From positions 7,139-71,138 of the forward strand of contig JAGALS010000038.1 in NCBI GenBank assembly GCA_017625065.1: a DNA stretch of 64,000 nt, in the 5' to 3' direction. Origin of the DNA: Clostridia bacterium. Its GTDB lineage: Bacteria > Bacillota > Clostridia > Oscillospirales > CAG-272. Under the pieces are notes generated by a model. It saw nothing but the letters and a program-made list of their open reading frames with translations. It did no database searches and was not told the DNA's origin. Shown here piece after piece: positions 19,781-27,065 of this stretch. A program made the translations under genes and the position numbers. The first letter of the stretch is position 1; each line of letters starts with the position of its first letter.

Positions 19781-19809
19781 TTGAAAAAGAGTGAAAAGTA
19801 TATTAAAAT
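19781..19809 (+). promoter_or_regulatory. Candidate ftsZ promoter
   Basis: TTGAAA, a 17-nt spacer, then TAAAAT. An overlapping TATAAT lies at 19809-19814. An AT-rich tract lies upstream. Confidence 0.45.
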
Positions 19810-19876
19810 ATAATAGATTAGTGTCCATACTTATGCGGCGCTTGCCGCACGTGTAAAAAAACGGAGGAATTACATT

Positions 19877-21115
19877 ATGACCTTTGAACCCGATAATAGT
19901 TTTGAAAGTGGCGTCGTCATTCGTGTCATTGGCGTAGGTGGCGGCGGCAATAATGCTGTCAACCGTATGATCGCGGCTAACATTCGCGGCGTTGAATTTG
20001 TGGCGGTGAATACCGACCGTCAGGCATTGCGTAAGTCTGATGCTCCCACACAAATGGTGATCGGTGAAAAGATCACCCGTGGCTTTGGCGCAGGTGCAAA
20101 CCCCGAGATCGGCGCGCGCTCTGCCGAGGAATCGATCGATGAGCTGAAAAAAGCGCTCAGCGGTGCTGATATGGTATTCGTCACAGCAGGTATGGGCGGC
20201 GGCACCGGTACGGGTGCGGCTCCTATCGTGGCACGTCTCGCGCACGAAATGGGCATTCTGACCATCGGTATCGTGACCAAGCCCTTCTCTTTTGAGGGCA
20301 AGCGCCGTATGGAGCAGGCAGAGCGCGGCATCAAGGAGCTTCGTCAGTACGTTGACTCTCTTGTGATCATCCCCAACGAAAAGCTCAAGGAGGTTTCGGA
20401 TACCCGTATCACCTTGGGTAACGCCTTTGAGATCGCCGACGACGTTCTGCGCCGCGGCGTGCAGAGCATTTCCGAGCTGATAAACGCGCCCGGATTCATT
20501 AACCTTGATTTTGCTGATGTTACATCTGTTATGAAGAACGCGGGCTATGCCCATATGGGTGTTGGCGGCGCTACAGGTGCCGACAAGGCAGAGCTTGCCG
20601 CAAAGGCGGCGATCTCCAGCCCGTTGCTTGAGACCTCGATCCACGGTGCGCGCGGTATCCTGATCAGTATCACCGCTTCTCACGACGTGGGACTTGAGGA
20701 CGTGGATCTTGCCTCCACAATGATCTCCAAGCACGCGCATCCCGATGCAAACGTCATTTGGGGACTTGCATTTGACGATTCTCTTGACGATGAAATGCGC
20801 GTGACCATCATCGCAACGGGCTTTGAAAACAAAGACGATCCCGAACCCGCTGCAGCCCCTGTCAAGGAGGTCGAGATCGATCAGATCGTTTTGGCTGACC
20901 CCGATCCTGCCCCCGTGGTAGAGGAGGCAGCTCCCGTTCTTGAGGCCGCACCCGTAGAGGAAGCTCCTGTTGCAGAGCCCGTGGCAGAGCCTGCACCTGT
21001 TGCGCACGCTCCCAAATACGACACCGCGGGCGAGGATTCTTCGATCTCCGAGGATGACTTCGACACGATCATGAGTATCTTCAAAAACCGCGCCCGCAGA
21101 GACGGTAACCGTTAA
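19877..21115 (+). CDS. ftsZ: Cell division GTPase FtsZ
   Basis: RBS GGAGG. The translation shows GVGGGGNNAVNRM, the tubulin signature GGGTGTGAAP and NLDFADV. The C-terminal linker is Pro/Ala/Glu-rich. Confidence 0.97.
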   Translation: MTFEPDNSFESGVVIRVIGVGGGGNNAVNRMIAANIRGVEFVAVNTDRQALRKSDAPTQMVIGEKITRGFGAGANPEIGARSAEESIDELKKALSGADMVFVTAGMGGGTGTGAAPIVARLAHEMGILTIGIVTKPFSFEGKRRMEQAERGIKELRQYVDSLVIIPNEKLKEVSDTRITLGNAFEIADDVLRRGVQSISELINAPGFINLDFADVTSVMKNAGYAHMGVGGATGADKAELAAKAAISSPLLETSIHGARGILISITASHDVGLEDVDLASTMISKHAHPDANVIWGLAFDDSLDDEMRVTIIATGFENKDDPEPAAAPVKEVEIDQIVLADPDPAPVVEEAAPVLEAAPVEEAPVAEPVAEPAPVAHAPKYDTAGEDSSISEDDFDTIMSIFKNRARRDGNR

Positions 21116-21432
21116 AATCCCGCGATACTTCGCTTCCACCTCCAATGCTCGGCTCGGAGTAGGTCACTACACCGTCGCCTGCGCGTTTCGGTGCGTACTT
21201 GTCTCACGCGATTTTAATCGGTTACCTCGGTACTGCTAAATCGCGCGATACTTCGCTTTCACCTCTAATGCTCGGCTCGGAGTAGGTTACTACACCGTCG
21301 CCTGCGCGTTTCGGTGCGTACTTGTCTCACGCGATTTTAATCGGTTACCTCGGTACTGCTAAATCCCGCGATACTTCGCTTCCACCTCCAATGCTCGGCT
21401 CGGAGTAGGTTACTACACCGTCGCCTGCGCGT
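21115..21432. repeat. Noncoding 123-bp tandem repeat, 2.6 copies
   Basis: Units start at 21115, 21238 and 21361, and the last is truncated at about 21432. Units differ at only 4 positions. There are stop codons in all six frames of each unit. The repeat begins inside the ftsZ stop codon. Confidence 0.95.
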
Positions 21433-21442
21433 TAAAGAAAAT

Positions 21443-21484
21443 AAAATTGCCGCAAATGCATTTCGCATTTGCGGCAATTTTTTG
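21443..21484. terminator. Bidirectional rho-independent terminator shared by ftsZ and alaS
   Basis: Perfect 14-bp stem ATTGCCGCAAATGC / GCATTTGCGGCAAT with a 5-nt loop, flanked by AAAA on one side and TTTTT on the other. It lies between two convergent genes. Confidence 0.9.
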
Positions 21485-21491
21485 TTTGTGA

Positions 21492-24137
21492 TTATTTCAA
21501 CTGATCCTGCAGCAGGGAAGCGGCGCTTGCAAGCGCTTCGTCAACCTTAGCGGCGTCCTTGCCGCCTGCCATAGCATTGTCGGGACGTCCACCGCCCTTA
21601 CCGCCTGTGATAGCGGCAACAGCGCCCACCAGCTTGCCGGCGTGTGCGCCTGCGGCAACGGCATCCTTACCGGCAATGGCAAGGAATTTCACGTCTGCGC
21701 CGTTTACAGCGGCGATCACGGCAACGGTATCGGGGCAGCTTGCCTTAATATCGTCTGCAAGGCTGCGCGCCACGTCAAGCTGCATACCGTCAAAGCGTAC
21801 GGCGGCAAGCTTCACGTTGCCGATCGCAACAGCTTCCTTCAAAAGCTCGTCCTTCTTAGAGCCTGCAAGCTTTGCGTTCAAGGCATCCAGCTCACGGTGC
21901 ATAGCCTTCAGCTCGTCCTGAAGCTGAGCGGCACGCTTGGCGACGTCAGCGACATTCTGTGCCTTCAGGGCATCAGCGGTATTGGAAAGTAGCTGCTCCT
22001 TGCTATCCAGCAGATGAAGCACACCAAAGCCGGTGCAAGCCTCGACACGGCGTACGCCTGCGGCAACGGAGGTCTCGGAAACGATTTTGAAAAGTCCAAT
22101 GCGAGCGGTGTTATCCATATGCGTACCGCCGCAAAGCTCAGTGGAGAAGTTGCCCATACGGACAACGCGGACAGTCTTGCCGTATTTTTCGCCGAACAGT
22201 GCCATTGCGCCAAGCTTCTTGGCTTCATCCAGGGGCATTTCGGTCATTGTGATCGGCAGACCGGAGAAGATGTGCGCGTTGACAAGCGTTTCGACCTTGG
22301 CGATTTCCTCGGCAGTCATTGCGGCAAAGTGCGTAAAGTCAAAGCGACACTTTTCGCTGTCCACAAGCGAGCCTGCCTGCTCGACGTGCGTGCCAAGCAC
22401 GGCGCGAAGTGCTGCCTGCAACAGATGCGCGACCGAGTGGTTGCGCGCGATCGCCTCACGGTAAGCACCGTCGATGCGAGCGCAGACCTTATCGCCGACC
22501 TTCAGACTGCCCGACACCATCGTGCAAAGGTGCAGATAGATGCCGTCGGTCTTTTTGGTGTCGCGTACGTTCATCAAAAGAGCAGGGGAGGAGAGCGTAC
22601 CGCGGTCACCGACCTGGCCGCCGCCCTCGCCGTAAAATACGGTCTTGTTCAGGATCACGGTGCAATCGCCCTCGGTGATCTCGTTCACGGCACGTGCGCC
22701 GTCCTCGTCCTCAACGATGATGGCAAGCACCTCGGCGTCATCGGTGCGGAAGCTGTCATAGCCGCGGAAAATAGTCTGCGGCAGATCGCCAAGCAAGGAC
22801 TTGGTGGCGTTATCCCAGCCGCTGACATTGCCACGTGCGGCACGTGCGCGCTCGCGCTGGTCCTTCATCAGCTTCTTAAAGGTCTCCTCATCGATATCCA
22901 GATGATTTTCGGCAAGAATCTCCTTGGTCAGATCAAGCGGGAAGCCAAAGGTATCGTAAAGCTTGAAGGCATCCTCGCCCGAAAGATCCTTTCTGCCTGT
23001 CTTGATGGCATCGCGGATCATATTGGAAAGGATAGAAAGACCGGCATCGATGGTCGCATCGAAGCGCTCCTCCTCCATTGAAATAACCTTGAGGATGTAG
23101 TCCTGCTTTTCGGCAAGCTCGGGGTATGCGTCCTTGTTCTCGCCGATGGCGACCACGCACAGCTCGGAGAGGAAGGGACGGTTGATGCCCAGCAGCTTTC
23201 CGTGGCGGCAGGCGCGGCGGATGATACGGCGCAGCACGTAGCCGCGACCCTCGTTGGAGGGAATGACACCGTCAGCGATCATAAACATCGAGCTCTTGAT
23301 GTGGTCGGTGCAAACGCGGATCGAAATATCGTTGTTCTTGTCCTCGCCGTAGGTCTTGTCTGCGATCGCGCAGACCGTGTCAAGGATCTTGCGGATGCTA
23401 TCGACCTCAAACATATTGTCAACGCCCTGCATCACGCACGCAAGACGCTCCAGGCCCATACCGGTATCGATGTTTTTCTGTACCAGCTCGGTATAATTGC
23501 CGTTGCCGTCGTTGTTGAACTGCGAGAAGACGTTGTTCCAGATCTCCATAAAGCGGTCGCAGTCACAGCCGGGGCGGCAGTCGGGCGAGCCGCAGCCGTA
23601 CTTGATGCCGCGGTCAAAATAGATCTCGGAGCAGGGACCGCAGGGACCTGTGCCGTGCTCCCAGAAGTTGTCCGCCTTGCCAAGCTTTGTGATGCGCTCG
23701 GCGGGCACGCCGATCACCTTGTTCCAAAGCTCAAATGCTTCGTCATCCTGCTCGTAAACAGAGGGCCAAAGCAGCTCGCCGGGGATCTCAAGTGTTTTGG
23801 TCAGGAACTCCCAAGCCCACGGGATCGCCTCGTTTTTGAAATAATCGCCAAACGAGAAGTTGCCCAGCATTTCAAAGAAGGTGCCGTGGCGGGCGGTGTG
23901 TCCCACGCGCTCAAGGTCGGGGGTGCGGATGCACTTCTGGCAGGTGGTCACACGGTTGCGGGGGGGCTCCTCCTCACCCGTGAAATATTTTTTCATAGGC
24001 GCCATACCCGAATTGATCAGCAAAAGAGATTTATCGTTGATCGGCACAAGAGGGAAGGAAGGCAGGCGCAAATGCCCCTTCGACTCAAAAAAGGAAAGAT
24101 ATTTTTCGCGCAGTTCGTTAAGAGACGTCCATTTCAT
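21492..24137 (-). CDS. alaS: Alanine--tRNA ligase
   Basis: 881 aa. The translation shows FFESKGH, the class II core FEMLGNFSFGDYFK, the editing-domain HxxxH (HSVAHLL), CGGTH, and a C-terminal DHHA1-like GGKGGGRP segment. Confidence 0.97.
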   Translation of the reverse strand: MKWTSLNELREKYLSFFESKGHLRLPSFPLVPINDKSLLLINSGMAPMKKYFTGEEEPPRNRVTTCQKCIRTPDLERVGHTARHGTFFEMLGNFSFGDYFKNEAIPWAWEFLTKTLEIPGELLWPSVYEQDDEAFELWNKVIGVPAERITKLGKADNFWEHGTGPCGPCSEIYFDRGIKYGCGSPDCRPGCDCDRFMEIWNNVFSQFNNDGNGNYTELVQKNIDTGMGLERLACVMQGVDNMFEVDSIRKILDTVCAIADKTYGEDKNNDISIRVCTDHIKSSMFMIADGVIPSNEGRGYVLRRIIRRACRHGKLLGINRPFLSELCVVAIGENKDAYPELAEKQDYILKVISMEEERFDATIDAGLSILSNMIRDAIKTGRKDLSGEDAFKLYDTFGFPLDLTKEILAENHLDIDEETFKKLMKDQRERARAARGNVSGWDNATKSLLGDLPQTIFRGYDSFRTDDAEVLAIIVEDEDGARAVNEITEGDCTVILNKTVFYGEGGGQVGDRGTLSSPALLMNVRDTKKTDGIYLHLCTMVSGSLKVGDKVCARIDGAYREAIARNHSVAHLLQAALRAVLGTHVEQAGSLVDSEKCRFDFTHFAAMTAEEIAKVETLVNAHIFSGLPITMTEMPLDEAKKLGAMALFGEKYGKTVRVVRMGNFSTELCGGTHMDNTARIGLFKIVSETSVAAGVRRVEACTGFGVLHLLDSKEQLLSNTADALKAQNVADVAKRAAQLQDELKAMHRELDALNAKLAGSKKDELLKEAVAIGNVKLAAVRFDGMQLDVARSLADDIKASCPDTVAVIAAVNGADVKFLAIAGKDAVAAGAHAGKLVGAVAAITGGKGGGRPDNAMAGGKDAAKVDEALASAASLLQDQLK

Positions 24138-24176
24138 AAGAGATGCCTTTCATTATTTAAAATAATATTGCATTTT

Positions 24177-24206
24177 ATTATATCACCAGCGCAGGGGAAC
24201 TGTCAA
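24177..24206 (-). promoter_or_regulatory. alaS promoter
   Basis: On the minus strand: TTGACA, an 18-nt spacer ending in TGa, then TATAAT. It lies about 40 nt upstream of the alaS ATG. Confidence 0.6.
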
Positions 24207-24331
24207 GATGCTTTTTCGCCTTTTATGTGAAAAGCTGTTTGCTTTTTTGTTATATATGTCGAAAATAACCAAAGATTTTTGTAAAAATGGATGAAAAACG
24301 GTGATCCTGACGTGGGAAGTCCAAATATCTC

Positions 24332-24360
24332 TTGCAATTTTTGTTAAAAAACAGTATAAT
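24332..24360 (+). promoter_or_regulatory. Promoter of MBL-lipoprotein paralog 1
   Basis: TTGCAA, a spacer of exactly 17 nt, then TATAAT. Confidence 0.65.
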
Positions 24361-24400
24361 GAATGTAAATACATTTATATTTTCAAAGGGGGGAAATATA

Positions 24401-26770
24401 ATGAAAAGAACACTCAGCCTTTTGTTGTGTCTTGTGATGATACTCTCGTGTGTGACCTTCCTTTTTTCTTGTAAGAAGGATGAGGATGATGATTCCATTG
24501 ACGAGGCACAGGGGATTGATCTGACAGGATATTCTATCATTAGAGGCAAAGAGCTGACCGAGTCGGGCAAGCAATTTGTGCTTGATTTCGCGAAAAAAGC
24601 ATCCAGTGTAACTTCGGTCGATATGAATGTGGGCGATGACACAAACGATGATGTGGTAAAAAGTAAGGATCTTGAGATCCTGATCGGTGTGACCAGCCGC
24701 GAGGAATCCACCAAGACCTATAACGAGATCAAAGGGAGCGGTTGGGCAGTTCGTGCCTTTAAGCACAAAATTGCGATCGTTGGCACGACGCCTTATTTGA
24801 CCACGGTGGCACTCAGCTGGTTTGAACGGACCTATCTGAATGCTGAACACGTAAACGGCACGACCCTGACGATGCAGGAAAAGTATGTGGTGTCTGATCT
24901 GCCTATCCTTTCTCTTGCTGAAAACAGCACGACCTTTGCGGTTGTGTATGAAACGGGCAGGGATTCGAATACTGCCCCCCATCAGATCGGCAGCAAGGTC
25001 TGCGAAAGTCTTTTGCAAAAGACCGGGCTTACGGCACAGTTTATCACAGCAGATGCCGAGGTCTCCCAAAAAGCGATCCTGGTCGGTAATATGAGCCGTC
25101 CCGACGTGAAGGAGGAAATGGCGAAGATCGAGGCGGATGAGTATGCCGTTACGGTCAAGGATAACACGGTCTATTTGGTCGCGTGGAGCGATGTCGTTCT
25201 TCCCGCAGCGTACGACCTGTTTGAGGAAATGCTGTTTGCCTCGGCTTTGACCGATGCAAACGGAAACGTGGTATCGTACAACATCCCCGGTAACTGCACA
25301 GTCGTTAAAAAATATGTAAGCGATTGGTTTACCGATTTCCCCAAGCCTGTGGCGCAGGGACTTTATCCCGAGGCGGCGGTAGATGTAAATGACGGTAGCC
25401 TTCAGTATATTTACGCCGGTGACGGTGCGACGCGCGACACCTTTGTGGCGTATTGCGAGACCTTAAAGGCGGCCGGATATACGCCTATGGGTAATGAGGA
25501 TGTGCAATGGGAGGGAAGCAGCTTCCGCACCTTTGTCAATAACGAGAAGGGCGTATCCTTGCACGTTTCTCACATGGCGTTTACGCATGCCGAGGAGCAA
25601 GGAGTAGATCTTTTTAAAAATAGCATCCGCATTGTATCCGGTCATACGGAATGGGGCGGGACATTGGTTAACGAGCAGTATTTCAGACCGCAGGTCGAGG
25701 GCGTGGATTATATTGACAAAATGGATTCTCAGATCACCTCTAATCTGATCGATTACAGTGCAAGCGGGAACTGGGGACTTGGACAGATCCTGACGCTTGC
25801 CGACGGTAGCTTTATCGTCATTGACGGCGGCAAAAACAAGACCTCGGATGACACCGCCAATCTTTGGGAAATTATGTGTGAGATGCACAAAAAGGCGTGG
25901 GGAAGCAAACCTACCAAGGATAACCCCGTTCATATCAGAGCGTGGATCATCACACATGAGCACGGCGATCATATCGATCTTGTGCGGAGCTTTTGCGATC
26001 AGTACGGCCCCAAGGCAGAGCTGAAGTTTGATTATATGATGGTGAATTTCGGTTCTCGTTCACAGCTTCCCATAGGATGGGGAAATACAGGTCTTAGGGA
26101 CAGCTTAAAAGCTTTTCAGGATAAGGTTAAAAATGGTTTTGAGTACATTCAGATAAGTACCGGACAGGTGTTTTACTTCGCAAACTGCAGACTTGAATTT
26201 TTGGCAACTATTGATGATTGGGCTATTGGAAACACAACCGGTGATCACAATGAAACCTCTACGATCTTCCGCACCGCCTTGATCGAATATGATGATCAGG
26301 GTAACCCGCACGAGACCACCTCCATGTGGACGGGAGATGCCAGATGGCATTTGAGCAGGGCGGCGCGTGCCATGTACGGCAGCTTTTTAAAGAGTGATCA
26401 GGTACAGATCTCGCATCACGGTCTTTACGGCGTTGAAGGAAAGTTCTACGATCTTGTGGGCGCTGAGCTGATATGGCTGCCCGATTCGGTCAACCAAGGT
26501 GTGGCTGATCGATTCTACCTTATCCTCAGCAATCCGAATACGGGCTATACCGTTTCTACAGCTTTTTTGAATCAGAACACCAAATATCTGATCTTTAACG
26601 GCTCCAATTACACCGATTACCCCATGTGGAGCACGACTCTGACGATTTCCGCTGAGGGACCCAAGTATAACGCGATGTATGATGCCACCTCCGGTGAAAG
26701 CATACAGGCAAAGGCTGAGCTGTGGCCTGTGATCGATGTCCCCGCTTATCGAGCGGCTAATGGAAGGTAA
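24401..26770 (+). CDS. Lipoprotein paralog 1 with C-terminal ComEC-type MBL-fold domain
   Basis: RBS AAGGGGGGA. The lipoprotein signal is MKRTLSLLLCLVMILSCVTFLFSC. MBL motifs are LADGSFIVIDGG, ITHEHGDH (25955-25972), MWTGDA and QISHHG. It is colinear with the next three genes. Confidence 0.85.
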   Translation: MKRTLSLLLCLVMILSCVTFLFSCKKDEDDDSIDEAQGIDLTGYSIIRGKELTESGKQFVLDFAKKASSVTSVDMNVGDDTNDDVVKSKDLEILIGVTSREESTKTYNEIKGSGWAVRAFKHKIAIVGTTPYLTTVALSWFERTYLNAEHVNGTTLTMQEKYVVSDLPILSLAENSTTFAVVYETGRDSNTAPHQIGSKVCESLLQKTGLTAQFITADAEVSQKAILVGNMSRPDVKEEMAKIEADEYAVTVKDNTVYLVAWSDVVLPAAYDLFEEMLFASALTDANGNVVSYNIPGNCTVVKKYVSDWFTDFPKPVAQGLYPEAAVDVNDGSLQYIYAGDGATRDTFVAYCETLKAAGYTPMGNEDVQWEGSSFRTFVNNEKGVSLHVSHMAFTHAEEQGVDLFKNSIRIVSGHTEWGGTLVNEQYFRPQVEGVDYIDKMDSQITSNLIDYSASGNWGLGQILTLADGSFIVIDGGKNKTSDDTANLWEIMCEMHKKAWGSKPTKDNPVHIRAWIITHEHGDHIDLVRSFCDQYGPKAELKFDYMMVNFGSRSQLPIGWGNTGLRDSLKAFQDKVKNGFEYIQISTGQVFYFANCRLEFLATIDDWAIGNTTGDHNETSTIFRTALIEYDDQGNPHETTSMWTGDARWHLSRAARAMYGSFLKSDQVQISHHGLYGVEGKFYDLVGAELIWLPDSVNQGVADRFYLILSNPNTGYTVSTAFLNQNTKYLIFNGSNYTDYPMWSTTLTISAEGPKYNAMYDATSGESIQAKAELWPVIDVPAYRAANGR

Positions 26771-26788
26771 ATTTTTATAGCAAAATAG

Positions 26789-26840
26789 AACAATGCAGAT
26801 ATCGACCTTGCATAAAGTGAGATATCTGCATTGTTTTTTG
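26789..26840 (+). terminator. Rho-independent terminator after paralog 1
   Basis: 15-bp stem AACAATGCAGATATC / GATATCTGCATTGTT running into TTTTTT. Confidence 0.8.
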
Positions 26841-26987
26841 TCATAAAATCGCAACAAATTGCTTTGATTTTGCTGCCACAACAAAAGGATTTTGACTGTG
26901 CTTTGGTATATCTGTCAAAACAGATGAAACAAATTTAGTGAAAAAGGATAAAGATGAAGGCAGATTGTGAATTTTCACAAGCAATGC

Positions 26988-27016
26988 TTGCAAATTCAAA
27001 CAATAATTGTTATAAT
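26988..27016 (+). promoter_or_regulatory. Promoter of MBL-lipoprotein paralogs 2 and 3
   Basis: TTGCAA, a spacer of exactly 17 nt, then TATAAT. Confidence 0.65.
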
Positions 27017-27065
27017 AATAATGGATATTTATTTATAAAAAATGAACATAGAGGAGAATACGTCA

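Noticed and set aside
21115-21432. Possible CRISPR array or other spacer-containing repeat downstream of ftsZ.
   Set aside because: The 123-bp units are directly abutting with no unique spacers. The unit length is far outside the CRISPR repeat range, and there are no cas genes in the window.
21115-21432. Possible repeat-encoded peptide or ftsZ read-through extension, since 123 bp is 41 codons.
   Set aside because: I translated one unit in all six frames by hand, and every frame hits a stop within or at the end of the unit. The only ATG gives MLGSE-stop. The minus-strand ORF starting at 21145 is the codon-aligned antisense of ftsZ.
24138-24331. T-box riboswitch leader upstream of alaS, which is common for aminoacyl-tRNA synthetase genes in Firmicutes.
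   Set aside because: The best alaS promoter (TTGACA-18-TATAAT, 24177-24206, minus strand) leaves a 5' UTR of only about 30-35 nt. I see no T-box consensus (AGGGUGGNACCGCG-like) or specifier/antiterminator architecture in the 260-nt spacer, which is mostly occupied by the divergent lipoprotein promoter region.
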